A stretch of 63,974 nucleotides of DNA, counting the filler, from Intoshia linei (Eukaryota; Animalia; Orthonectida): assembly GCA_001642005.1 (NCBI GenBank). It is 5 parts of 5 records of this genome, joined end to end, with 100 filler letters (N's around TTAATTAATTAA, not from the genome) between each part and the next. Parts side by side here need not be neighbours in the genome. Positions count along the whole stretch, not along the records: positions 1 to 16,521 come from LWCA01000859.1; positions 16,622 to 26,400 come from LWCA01001338.1; positions 26,501 to 38,808 come from LWCA01001089.1; 2 more parts are not named here. The stretch is one strand, 5' to 3'. This document shows, in pieces, positions 13,925 to 26,626 of the stretch; positions within the stretch are counted from its first letter, which is position 1, and each line of letters opens with the position of its first letter. The notes under the pieces are model-generated. The model worked only from the letters and a program-made list of their open reading frames with translations, was not told where the DNA came from and made no database searches. The position numbers were made by a program, and so were the translations under genes.

Positions 13925-14011
13925 CATTTTTGCATTTATATATTCATGTGTAAAATTAGTGTAGTTTTAACATTGTTTATTTGTAACCGTTTTTAAAATT
14001 AATATTATTTA

Positions 14012-15250
14012 TTCACTTTTTTGATGAAATTTCCCTGTGGTATTCTCAATGGATGGAGGGTAAAATCGTGACTACGAGTTCTTGAATATAGTCGCAATGC
14101 CTTTGTTAATTTTTGTTTGCTCAGATTTTCTAAAAAGTAGATAAAATAATATACTAAAATTCTTTTAAAACTTTCAACTACTTTGAAACCGCTATTTTAA
14201 CAAAAAATTTAGGGCCCCATAACAAAAAATATTTTTATTACCTAGAAAAATTCAAATGAATAAAAAATATTAAATTTTTATTTTAAAATCGTACTTTATA
14301 TTTTGGGACCCGGGGTCCGAGGGTGAGTTTAAGAAACAGTACTAAAATAGCAAACTAATTTTTACCCAAGACCAAACTTGCAGATGAAATGACTATATTC
14401 ATTTCTTTAGAGTTTGTTGTGATGGGGTTATTTTCAATGTTTAAATTTTTCAAAGACTTCCATCCGTGATTCATAGCATTGGTTATTTGTAGATGATGTT
14501 CAATTTTATTTTCTGTGGCATTAAGATGTTGTAAATTATTTAAATGCCACAAAACTGTTAAATCCTGTATTTTATTGTTGTGAATGTCTAGCAAAATCAG
14601 TGATTTCTAGTTTCAAAATGTATTTACAATTTTAATGACTTACCGATATAGACAAAATACAGTCTTGATCAAATTCCAACATGCATTCGTTTTCAGTATT
14701 CTGTGAATCAATGTAAAGTTCACGTAGGTTGACGAGATTTTCTAAACCATTCACAATTCTGATATTGTTTTTTGATAGATAAAGTTTTTCTAAACATGGT
14801 AAGTTTGCAAATGGTAAAATTTCTTCAATCAAGTTATGCTGCAAATACACATGTGTTAATTTTGTGTTTGTGACAAGAGTAGGGTTCAGTCTCAAATTAT
14901 TTTCGTATAAATACAAAATCCGGAGGGATTTACAGGGCTCCAACAATGTCCCCTAAATGCAAATTTATAAAATCACAATAAAAATCTTACCAAATATTCA
15001 ATATTTTTGTTTTGTAAATATGCATGGCTTATTCGCTTTAGAAACTTGATTAATGTTTCATTTTTTTTTTTTTTGTATGACCACTCCACCTTTCAGGGTT
15101 TAAAATATTCCCTGATACTTGACATGTCTATATTAAATTTATTTTTATCTAAATACCAAAATTACGCGCATTTCAACTGTTTGTCATCCCAATGTTTGTG
15201 ATATCCAAGTTATTAAAATTTCTATAGAAAATTATGACCATTTTCTTTAC
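14012..15250 (-). CDS. PPP1R42: Protein phosphatase 1 regulatory subunit 42 / LRRC67 (multi-exon; both ends approximate)
   Basis: ETLIKFLKRISHAYLQNKNIE, LRILYLYENNL, LTHVYLQHNLI, LEKLYLSKNNIRIVNGLENLVNLRELYIDSQ...LEFD follows the PPP1R42 leucine-rich-repeat order. Confidence 0.8.
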
Positions 15251-15824
15251 ATGTTGTTCAATTATTGAAAACTAATATTTCTATACATTTGATATTTTTA
15301 TAAGCATGCACTGACAATTTTTAATTAATGTCATCAAAACACATTAAAACATTTCCTATATATTGATCAACTATAATGTGTTCAAAAAACGAATATATTG
15401 AAAGTTAACGATAATTTTTTTGCGATACCATAATTTCGCTATAAAAAATAATGAAAAAACCTATTTCGTTTAGTAAAGAAGTACACAAATTTTTCGGTAT
15501 AAATATTATGTTGCGTTTTAACAAGTTAGAATCTTAAATCAAAAATTCAGTTTTTCATTATTAGAACTTGAAATAATTTTGGATAGAGAGAAAAAGTAAC
15601 ATTAATTAAAATAACATTTTACAAAAATTTATAACAGTATAGTAGAGGATTGGCGAACTAGAATCTAGAGATAATACTGTAATATACATATCCATAAAAA
15701 TGCATTTTTTTCATTTAAAATTAATTACAATTTTTTTTAGTAATTTATAATTTTAAGATTGAAAAATATTAACTTTATAATAGTAAATGTAAATATTTAA
15801 ACAACAAATATATAAGTTTTGACT

Positions 15825-16299
15825 ATGTTTGTAAATTTTTTGATATTATTTCAATTATTTTTCCCACACATTTATGGTATAATTGATGTCGATTTTACAC
15901 AGTATCAAAATTGCAGTAATGACGTAACAAAACTATTTAACGAAAATTGGATTCTAGCAGGTATCATCAATACACGTATAATCTTACTCAATAGTTATTG
16001 ACACTTTTGGAAAACCTTTATCTGGTTTGATATTTGGAAAAATAAAATGGCTTGGTTCATACGAAGCGTGTACTATATTAGACAACAATCCAGATTTTAA
16101 TATGAAACCATATAATTTCCGATATTATAGAATCGACGCTGAAATACGCCCTTCGGTAAATATAATTTTAATATAAACTTATCATACCATCATTTTCAAT
16201 TATAGGTGATTGCTTCTTATGGCCTTTGTATACCATCATCATGCGATTCTCTGTTAAAAAAAATAGTTAATGATTCGTCTACGCAGTTTAAAAAGAAAG
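15825..16299 (+). CDS. NRF-domain (nose resistant to fluoxetine-6-like) protein, 5' exons only; cut off by a Helitron and the gap
   Basis: Signal peptide, then C...WILA|VIDTFGKPLSGLIFGKIKWLGSYEAC...YGLCIPSSC, the NRF N-terminal domain pattern. Introns at 15961-15993 and ~16156-16205. Confidence 0.8.
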
Positions 16300-16521
16300 G
16301 TAAGTATTCATCTATACACTCTTGGATAATAATATAAATTACGTCATGTATTTCGTTAATCCTTACTTACATATGTACAAAATGCTATGTAATACTTGTT
16401 TCTGTGTGTGTTTTACCGTTTATTTCAATAACTATCAGTCTTATAATTTTATTAAGTCCACATTTATATTACAGTTTTTTCCGGGGTGTTAGCAAAATAA
16501 ATTTCAACCTCCCAAACTCAC

Positions 16522-16621
16522 NNNNNNNNNNNNNNNNNNNNNNNNNNNNNNNNNNNNNNNNNNNNTTAATTAATTAANNNNNNNNNNNNNNNNNNNNNNN
16601 NNNNNNNNNNNNNNNNNNNNN
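16522..16621. other. Assembly gap with artificial TTAATTAATTAA linker (also at 26401-26500, 38809-38907 and 56266-56364)
   Basis: An identical 12-mer with stop codons in all six frames sits at the centre of each N run. Confidence 0.95.
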
Positions 16622-17218
16622 AGAATAAAAATCTCTTCCAGGTGCACTAAATTTTATTCTTGCACCTCAAAAAAAAGTTGTTATTTTGTTGGGCAATATA
16701 ATTTAAAAATTATACAAATTTAAATTTAATTTAGTATTTATTATTAATTTTGTCGGGGTGCACAACAAAATGTTTTTTGGTATAATAAAAATGTGCCCTC
16801 GGCAGAGCTAGGTGCTGTTTCTACGTAGTACATAACAGTCAAGCTAGTCCTAACTTATATAATATGCTACGCAATTTTTGTTTGTGTGTCATGCTTTATT
16901 TAAATAACTACCAATCTTAGAATTTTTTACAAGACCACATTTCAATTACAGTTTTTTTCGGGATGTATGTTAAGATAAATTCCAACCTCCCAATTTAACA
17001 TCTTACGGGTCAAAAACCCCAGTTGTCTCTCTTTTTGAAAATCAAACGAGTTGGAGAATTTAAAAAAATATATACGCTAATGCGGATTTTAAAATTATAA
17101 ACATTATTATAAATTTAAATTTAAAAAAATTATATCTTCAAAGCTAAAACCCCAAATTACCATTTTTTTTTTAATGAAAACAGCCCTAGAATTTACAAAA
17201 AATTTACATGTTGTACAG

Positions 17219-17328
17219 TAGGGGTGTGATTTTCAAAAATTTTTCTACTTTTCACGATTATCATATAACTATTACACGCAACTTTATCAGTATTTGGACC
17301 TAATTTATAAAATTTTGGAACACCCCTA
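17219..17328. mobile_element. 110-bp hAT-type MITE inserted in a Helitron copy
   Basis: TTGTACAG|TAGGGGTG ... CACCCCTA|TTGTACAG: 8-bp inverted termini and a perfect 8-bp target-site duplication. Confidence 0.85.
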
Positions 17329-17876
17329 TTGTACAGTTGTACCTGTTATCACACACAGAAAATTTCAATTTTAATAAGTGACGATTTCACGGTCAAGAAA
17401 ACATTTTAGTATTTATATATTTTTTTTTGAAATAATTAACGGTCTGAAAATTAAAAAAAAAAAAAATTGATAGAGCTTATTCCAGTTAATATAAATACAA
17501 AAGTTCAACCCGAGAAATCTACGCAGTCCCCATGAAAAATAATTTTTAATATATTATCAACCAATGTTTTAAATATATAAAAATTGAAAATATTCATCCT
17601 ACAATTTCAAATAAAATGTTCATCAAATGTCTACACATTTCCAATAAAGAAATATGGGAGGTAATCGATATAATTTATTCCTTCGTATTTTTTTTCATTC
17701 TCAAATAAATTTTTAAAAAATTTAAATATTATTTACAAAATTTTGTCTAAAACTACAACATTTAGATATATTCAATATTTAATAATCTTGAGATATTCAA
17801 TTGAGGAACCATTGAAAATAGAAATCCCATAATAGAATTGTAAAAAAAGTAGAATAAAATATATATTTTTACATTA

Positions 17877-20800
17877 TTAATTATTCAAACGAATAATTAA
17901 AATTTGATTTTTTGCTTTTTCATTTAATGCCCATCGCCCGTATTTGTGTTCACGGCCAATAGAAGCAAATAATGTGAATCCATCACTATTGAGCGAAAGA
18001 TTATTAACGCATCCAAACTAAAATAAAATAAATTTAACAATTTTTTTAAAAAACCGTATCAAAATTAAACAAAGGTTTTATAGAACTATAAGCATCACTA
18101 CACTTCCAGCCAATTATTTTACCATTACCACTACCTAAATAAAAATGATTTAGATTAATTTAAAGTTTAAAAGTTACAGTATACCTGACACAATAAAATC
18201 ACTTTTATACAAAGCAGTAATTGAAACAATCCATAAATCTTTTTCAGGTCCATGCGCACTTCGCAAAGTGTGAATCGGTTTTTTTTTATTAGAGACCCAT
18301 AAACAAATGGTACTAGACAAAATAGTAAAATTGATAAATAAATAGCCAAGTTTAAGTCAGTTTTTCGAAACAGGGCAATTTAGTTTTTAGTCAATTGAGA
18401 AAATTTTAAAAAATTAACATTATTTTGAATAAATCAACTATAAAGATCCTATTGGATCTTTTCATCCATTGGGCTGTTCATTTTTGGAAAATTTTAAACC
18501 AAATACCAAACATAATACTTGAGAAAAGTCCATAAAAGTGTAATGGCACCCGGAGTAAATATACTATTTAAAAAAATTAAATGCTACTTGCAATCCAATC
18601 CTGTAACAAAATGAGTTTCATCAATAATGGCAATGCATTCAACAGATCCACTAAAATAAAATGAATTTATAAAATATTAAATACAATGGTTGTCTAAAAA
18701 TAAAATGAGTTTCATCAGAAATTTTCCATAGCCGTAAAGTTTTATCTTGACCACAAGATATTAATTTTTGAGTAGAATTAGGAAATGTATCTAAACCAGT
18801 AACGCTCAACGTATGACCATACCTAAGTTAACATTAAACATGTTTTAAGTAAACATACAATGTTTCCACATATGTCATGGCATTTTCCAAGTTCCAGATT
18901 TTGATTTGTCCAGAAAATGAACCTGAATATAGATCAAAAGTTCCATTTTGAAATTTTAGATTCTAAATTTCATTATAAAAAAAAGAAGACATTAAAACAG
19001 TGATGGCAGCCAACTAAAACTAAATGTGTTAAATATAATACTATTTGCAGAAATTTTTTTCTAGTGTTTTTATTAAAAAAATATTAAGTCAATCAAAACC
19101 GTCAATTAAGTCGAACAACTTGATGATGAAAAATGAGTTAAGAAAATAATTTTTACATTTATTCAGATTTAAAAAAATGAGCTGCAAGTTTTCAATGGGA
19201 GGTTCATAACTTGTTGATTAACGCTACACAAGCCAAACTGGTTTCATCGTGAAGTCTATTCCTTTTATGATTTTTGACATTATTCAATGTGGAAAATAAC
19301 GATTCACAAGAATATGTAGATGAAAATATAGCTTTAGCTAGACATTTCAGACTATTAAATTTTTCATCCATAGAATTCCAAACTTCTAATAACATATTTA
19401 ATTGGTCAAAGTAGGTAACATCTTTAAATGATTTTGTAAGTCTATTTTGTTCTATTACTGATATTATATCAATTTCTGATCTCATTTATTTTAGTAATAG
19501 TTTTTATTTGAAGTGTGTAAAAAAATGTCAAGTGTGTATTTTTTACACAACACGTACTTTTCCATCACTGCATTAAAACGTACATAAACTCCGCCAATAT
19601 GTGCTCTACTGAAATTGTGCTTTAAAGACAAATTTTCAAAATTCCAAACACACATGACTCCATTTTTATCACCAGTCACCTAAAATAAATTTGATAAAAA
19701 TTGAACCCAAGTTACAAGTAAAGACAAAGTATCATCTACGTCCATGGAAAGAACACAAGATTGGTGTTTACATGTCAATAATTTTCTCACATTTATTGAA
19801 TCAATTTCCTCATATTTGGATTTCAGCAAGTCTAATAGTAAAATAAAAAATATTATCATAATATCTTTACGTTTTATTAATACATTTTTTTTGGTAGCGT
19901 AAATCAGATATTTACAATCTTTTGAAAACCAAAAAGACGTAATTGTCATTTGTTTTGATGGTAAACGATCAATTTCATTTTTTTTAAAAGAAATCTATAA
20001 ATTTTATACATCTAAATGGAGATTAAAAATACCAAATGGGAAATTGGCCTTTTTTGTTTATTTTCATTTAATAGCTAAATAGATAATGAAAATTTTTTTA
20101 TCGATTGGCAAAAATATTTTAAAAATACAGCGTCGTGTTGTAATCTGTTTGATATTAAATTCAGTTGATCTTCTTTTTCCAACGACTTTTCTAATTCTAA
20201 ATTGCAATGTTAATCGTGATGTATAGATAAACTTAATAAATACACATTTACAATTAAAATTGTCAATTTTACAGTGATTTTAGGAACTTTAGGGTCATAA
20301 AAAAAACATTCCATGGACGTCTAAAGATTTTTTAAATGCAAATTTTGTATCTTCAGGTAGTGGTAGAAAAAAATTATTAAGTGCGCTTTCTAAGATAAAA
20401 AATCATCATTAAATCACTTTTAAAAATGTCATTATTTAATTATTCGTCAGTTATTGAAAGAGATCTCAATCAGTTGTTATAGCCGATTGTTGAAATTTTT
20501 AATGTTTTTAAAGAGCGTTAGAGTGAGATAATTCAATTAATGATTCTTAAATTGTATTTATACAACATTATAAACATACTTACTTAATACAATCTTTATA
20601 TAAAATAAATGTTGCTAGAAATAAGTGCTAAATGTAAATAAATGTAACTATTTATTGAAAAACAAATAAACTAACAGTCCCAGAATTTTCAAAAACAAAA
20701 ATTCGACGTCAGTTTATTCGGGGCAAAAAGTAAGATAAATTTCAAATTCAAAATTGGACCCTTCATGGCCAAAACCACAAATAATCTTTTTTTAAAAATG

Positions 20801-21196
20801 AATGGTATTAGGATTTTAGCAATCATAATTACATGAATATTATCATAAACTACAACCTCAAAAACTAAAAGCAAATAGTATCATTATATTAAATTATTAC
20901 CTTCCGCTTTGATTCGATCTAAATATTTCTTAGCCAAACGTATGCGTTTTTCTTGAATAGTTTCAAAGTCATCCTCTATTTTAGCCGGTTCATTTTCTCT
21001 AAAAAATGACATTCAATAAAGTAAAATATTTTAATAAAAAGAAAAATTAAAACATTATAAAATGGTGTTCACAAAACCAAATCTTACTTAAATTATAATC
21101 TCACTTTAATTGAATTAAAAATTACTCGTTTTGACCACATTCTGAATCACTCGAACTGGTAATTATTTCGTCTTTGAAGATTTTTCGTTTTAACAT
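17877..21196 (-). CDS. RRP9: U3 snoRNA-interacting protein 2 (U3-55K), WD40 protein, multi-exon
   Basis: ETIQEKRIRLAKKYLDRI, TYVETL|YGH, SCGQDKTLRLWKISDETHFIF and the C-terminal IGREHKYGRW are characteristic of RRP9. Confidence 0.9.
19204..19485 (-). pseudogene. hAT transposase C-terminal dimerisation-domain fragment inside an RRP9 intron
   Basis: IFSSTYSCESLFSTLNNVKNHKRNRLHDE matches the hATC S-T-Y-x-C-E-x-x-F-S...R-N-R-L motif. Confidence 0.8.
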
Positions 21197-21904
21197 TTAT
21201 ATATATTTACAAATTAAGCGAATTTAATATCTGCTCACATTTATACAATAAAATTAAATTCATATAACGATAATAAAATTTTAAATACAGAATGTAGAAA
21301 ATAGAAATATAAATGTGTATATATTTTGTTTACGATAAATATAAATCCAATAATGAATTGAAAAGAAAAAATCTAGAACGTTTTGTCGAGTATGTGAATT
21401 TTGCAGTTTAGCCAAAAATTTAGACAAAAGTTAAGGACTTTGTTAAATAAAGTGGTCAGAAAAAATACGTACTATCACTTTTAGTTTATTTGGTGTTAAA
21501 TATAAAGCCAAAACTACTTATGTATAATGACGAATACAAATTTTCGGCTTAAAATTTGTTCCAAATAAACTATATAAAATATAGCTGTAAAATTATTTTA
21601 TTCAAAAATTTTCTGGCCCCCAAAAAAACCGGTTTGGCGCGCTAGATCAAGAATCCATGCTGTAAATATAACTAAATTTTTTTTAATCCAACGATAAAAG
21701 TGGCTACATCAAAACAATGTTGCAGTCATCTGAGCTAGTAATAAATGAAATATAGAATGATAAGCATGAATATGAAGACAGTTACATATAGTCTAACACC
21801 AACTGAATTTTTTAAAAAAAGAATAATTTGTGGTTGTGATCGTGAAAATGCAAGTTTTTAAAGTTGCGATTTATAATAATGCTCTTTATTTTAAAAACTA
21901 TTTA

Positions 21905-22873
21905 TCCTTATTAATATAATATGCTACGCAATATTTGTGTGTGTTTAACTTTATTTCAATAACTTCCAGTCTTAGAATTTTATAAAGTCCACATTTCAAT
22001 TACAGTTTTTCCGGGGCATATAATAAGATAAATTTCAACCTCCCAAACTCACATCTTACGGGTCAAAAACCCCAATTGTTTTTTTTTTGAAAATCAAACG
22101 AGTTGGAGAATTTATAAAAAATATATACGCTGATACAGATTTTAAAATCATAAACATTATCATAAATTTAAATGCTGATGCGGATTTTAAAATCATAAAC
22201 ATTATCATAAATTTAAATTTAAAAAAATACACTGATGCGGATTTTAAAATCATAAACATTATCATAAATTTAAATTTAAAAAAATTATATTTTCAAAGCC
22301 AAAACCACAAATTACCCTTTTTTTTAATGAAAACAGCCCTAGAATTTAAAAAATTTTACAAGTGGTAGAGTTATATCCTGTTAACACACACAAAAAAATT
22401 CAATCTGAATAAGTGACGCCTTCATGGTCAAAAAAGCACTTTAGTTTTCATATATTTTTTTCCAAAATATTTTATTAAAACAAAAAATGTGAAATAATTA
22501 ACTGTCCGAAAATTTAAAAAGATTATTCTGATAGAGCTTATTCCAGTTGCTATAATTACAAAATTTCAACTCCAGAAATCTACGCATTCCCGGTCAAAAA
22601 TAATTTTTAATATATTATCAACCAATATTTTTCAAATATTTCGATTAAAATAAAAATGAAAATGCAAATTGATCCTACAATTTTAAAAATAAAGTGCAAT
22701 TTGTAGTCTATACATTTCCAATAAAGAAATATGGGTGAAAATCTATATAATTAATTCCTTCGGAATTTTTTTCATATACTATCGTATAACGTAATGCATA
22801 ATGTAACCGTATAAAAATGTGCCATCGACAGAGCTAAGTGATGTTTGTACGTAGTACATAACAGTACCCCTAG
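21905..22873 (+). mobile_element. Complete non-autonomous Helitron (~970 bp)
   Basis: A|TC start, subterminal TGTAC-GTA-GTACA hairpin, CTAG|T end and no target-site duplication. Contains an internal ~50-bp triplication. Confidence 0.9.
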
Positions 22874-23343
22874 TGTTTTATAAAATTCTAGAGCTTTTTT
22901 TATTTTATAGGTAAATAATTAATTTGTGTTTATGACCTTCAATAATTCAATTTTTAAAAATCAAATTAGTCATAAAACATGATTCTCGAAAATCTGTTTA
23001 AGAAATTGGAGTGATTTAAATTCTAAAATTTTTAATTTTTTGATTAAACAGTAACACAGACCTTGAATATTACACACATAAAGGATAATAATTAATTAAA
23101 TCGAATTGTGATTAATTGAAAAATTAATCCATCGGTAAATTTTTTGACAATTAAATTGGGTGGGAGTAGGCCAAGTAGCAAAAAATTGCACACGGCTTGT
23201 CAAATATTGTTGTACGTGAATTAATTTATTTTTTTTAAATCGCAACACAATCTAGCTAGATTCTAGCTGAAATTGCTTTCTGTCAAACAATCGAAAACTA
23301 CAAATATAACTTAATAATTTATATAATTTATACATGAATACAT

Positions 23344-24687
23344 TTATATTTTTAGTTTTTTCAATAAACTTGAAATATTCCTCTTTTTAAGTGGTGGTAT
23401 ATCTATCAATCTTGATATATAATTAATTACACCGGTATTCTCCAGCAATTTACGGTGGTTAACACCTTTAAAGGATTCAACAAATGTATTATTCCATCCT
23501 TGACAATATGACAAAGAAACATCATTAACTGTTCCATCTCCATTTCCAAATCTAATTTTTGGCGCTTGATCGGGAAAATTTTTCCCTCTATAATCCATAA
23601 AAGCTTTAGTATTTACACCCGTACCATAAAGGCAATGTGTTTCGATGCCTGGTTTGAAAGAGTAGTCAGTAACAGATTGAACGCTAGTATATCGTAAATA
23701 ACCTTCATTATAATTAATATCATTATGAAATTCTTCAAGATTCTGTAATGTATAATTTTTATAATCAGTTTTTACCAGTATTTCTGTTTCATTCCAGCCG
23801 ATTTTACTAGGATATAAATGAGTAGTTAATTCAAAACTTCTTTGTGCTGTTCGAAATTTAAAATTATCGAGTGGTGCTTCAAACGTTTCTCCTTAAATTA
23901 AATTAAAATTAAAATCAATTTTTCTTTACCTCTCAAAATTGTGTGAAAAATTTCATATGTACCCAACCATGGAGTAGCCAGTGTTACTAATTTATCCACA
24001 TGTTTATTCTTCCATTTTTCATCAACTGAATTCAAAATTTTATTGAGTATTCTACCTCCAAATGAATACCCCAAAAGTATAACCTTTTCTTGATTCAAAT
24101 CATAAGCATCTTCAATGAGTCGAATCATTCTTTTTAGTTCTCTGTCATCTAGAAAGATTTTTTATTTGTTTTGATGACATGTATAATTAAATTATAATTT
24201 ATAATAACATTTATTATTACTTGGAAACTTTCTAAAATCATAGGATAAATTAATCAAATCAATTTTGTCGCGATATCCATGAAGTGTCAAGTGATTAACA
24301 ATTTTTTGAAATAGATTAACTACACAATTTAATAAACATTTTAAACATGTAAATTAGATAATAATAATGCTTACTAATGGTAATGATTACCTCTAAAAAA
24401 TTTAGTTTTTACTACATTTAGAATTGATTGTACAGATGTACCCGAATCTTTATAGATTCTAATATCATAATTTGAATCGTTTTCGCCGTGGAGGAATTGA
24501 CCATGATTGTAATGTAATCTACATGATATTAGTCTCTATACTAGGTATTGTATTGTACGTTAAAATTTTGATGGTTTCGTCAATGTATAGTGGCAGAAAT
24601 CTTTTAACGGAAAACCACAATAAATTCCATTTATCATTGCAATTAAGTAGTTTGTATTCAAGTTTAGTTGAGCCAAATCCAGATACT
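23344..24687 (-). CDS. LCAT / lysosomal phospholipase A2 (PLA2G15)-like; first exon not located
   Basis: SGFGSTKLEYKL, YDFRKFP, VILLGYSFGG (GxSxG), LATPWLG, PGIETHCLYGTG, GNGDGTVN and GVNH; the Ser-Asp-His triad residues are present. Confidence 0.9.
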
Positions 24688-24703
24688 AAAAAATAAATTG
24701 ATA

Positions 24704-25149
24704 CAGTCAAAATCTCATTTAACAAATATTTTATTTAACGAACGTCGAAATTTGATTTTCTATATAAATGCTTTGAATGGTATTTAACGTATTTCTGATT
24801 AACGAACGTGTAAATTTAATATTATTTTATTTTTTTAGTAGTTTTTAGCCTAAAATTTAGAAGTTTTTTTAAAATATTGTTATGGTTTCATAAATTTAAA
24901 TATTATATTGACTTTTTTATATATTCATGGAATCTTTTTATACGTATAATATTAAAAATTAATATTATTATTATATAATAATATAGTATATGTATAATAA
25001 AAAGTTTAATTATTTGTTCCTATTAAATATAATTTTGATAAATTTAAGACATGTGTGCAGCAGCACATTTTTAATACAGTTACATTTCTAATATTTTCGT
25101 TAAATTCATTTAACGAATATGCCATTTTCATTAAAGGAGATTTTGACTG
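24704..25149. mobile_element. Tc1/pogo-type MITE
   Basis: TA|CAGTCAAAATCTC ... GAGATTTTGACTG|TA. Confidence 0.75.
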
Positions 25150-25214
25150 TACAATTATTTTTTATTTAGAATTTATTTTTTACTAATTTGTATATTAGCT
25201 CAGAAGATAATTTA

Positions 25215-25887
25215 AAAATTGCGTAGCAATGAAAAAAATTACGAAGGAATGAATTATATAAATTTTCACTCATATTTCTTTATTGGAAATGTGTAGACGT
25301 ACAATGCACATTTTTTTTGCAATTGTAGGATCAATATTTACATTTTCAATTTTTATTTTAATCGAAATATTTGAAAAATATTGGTCAATAATATATTAAA
25401 AATTATTTTTGACCAGGAATGCGTAGATTTGTGGGGTTGAAATTTTGTATTTATTCAACTGGAATAAGCTCTATCAAATCTATTATTTTTTTTTTAATTT
25501 TTGGACCATTAATTATTTCACATTTTTTGTTTTAATACTATATTTCGGAAAAAAAATAAATGAAGACTAAAATGCTTTTTTGATCGTAAAGTCGTCACTT
25601 ATTCGGATTGAATTTTTTTATGTGTGTTAACAGGATACAACTCTACTACCTGTAAATTTTTTGAAATTCTAGAGCTGTTTTCAAAAATAAAGGAAGGGAA
25701 TTTGGGGTTTTTGACTCGTAAGATGTGAAATTGAAAAGTTGAAATTACTCTTATTATACGTCACGGAAAAAACTGTATTTGAAATGTGGTCTTTAAAAAA
25801 TTCTAAGACTGGTAATTATTTAAATAAAGCGTAACACACAGACACACACACAAACAAAAATCGCGTAGCATATTATATGAGTTAGGA
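25215..25887 (-). mobile_element. Helitron copy, reverse orientation, 3'-truncated
   Basis: Reverse complement starts TCCTAACTCATATAATATGCTACGCG; colinear with the family. Confidence 0.8.
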
Positions 25888-26500
25888 TCACTAATTTATC
25901 ATTATTTTGCTATATGACTGCCTAATAGGCAGTGCCTATTGGTACATAGTAAACATAACCTATACTCTGAAAACCGCCGTAAATATAGAAATACCCAAAT
26001 GGTGATATTGAGAGGTCTCTAATTGGATTTTACTGACTTTAATTTAGATCAGTGTTTCAGAAAGTAATAAACGTAGTGGACCCGAAAATGAAAAAATTAT
26101 TTATTATGGCCCCCTAAAATATTTATATGTAAATATTGTTTTCATCATTTCATTTACAGTATTCTCTCTATAACTCGACAACTCTATAACTCGCCATATG
26201 ATTAGAATCAATTATAATAAAAAAATTATATTATAATTGTTTGATATCGTTCAACTCGTTTGATTTTATAAAAAAAAGAACAATTGGGCTTTGTGACCTG
26301 TATGATGTGAGTTTAAGATGTTGATATTTATTTTGCTAACATCCCTGGAAAAAAGTGTAATTGAAATGTGGACTTTATAAAATTCTAAGACTGGTAGTTA
26401 NNNNNNNNNNNNNNNNNNNNNNNNNNNNNNNNNNNNNNNNNNNNTTAATTAATTAANNNNNNNNNNNNNNNNNNNNNNNNNNNNNNNNNNNNNNNNNNNN

Positions 26501-26626
26501 TATTTTTTTTCCGAAATATTTTATTAAAACAAAAAATGTGAAATAATTAACGGTATGAAAATTAAAAAAAAAGAAGAGATTAATCTGATAGAGCTTATTC
26601 CAGTTGATATAAATACAAAAGTTCAA
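26501..26626 (+). mobile_element. Helitron internal fragment abutting the retroelement
   Basis: Matches 17420-17508 and 22455-22568 up to ...AAATACAAAAGTTCAA. Confidence 0.8.

Larger units (their letters stand above)
16360..17700 (+). mobile_element. Helitron copies in tandem across the gap, with a head-to-tail junction at 16847/16848
   Basis: A 5' end at 16360. After the gap, a 3' hairpin plus CTAG ends at 16847 and is directly followed by a new TCCTAACTTATATAATATGCTACG start. Confidence 0.85.

Noticed and set aside
16566-16577. Palindromic TTAATTAATTAA recurring four times
   Set aside because: Always centred in ~100-bp N runs; an artificial six-frame-stop scaffolding linker.
22056-22368. 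Repetitive ORFs on both strands (ADFKIINIIINLN x3)
   Set aside because: Translation of the tandem triplication inside a non-coding Helitron.
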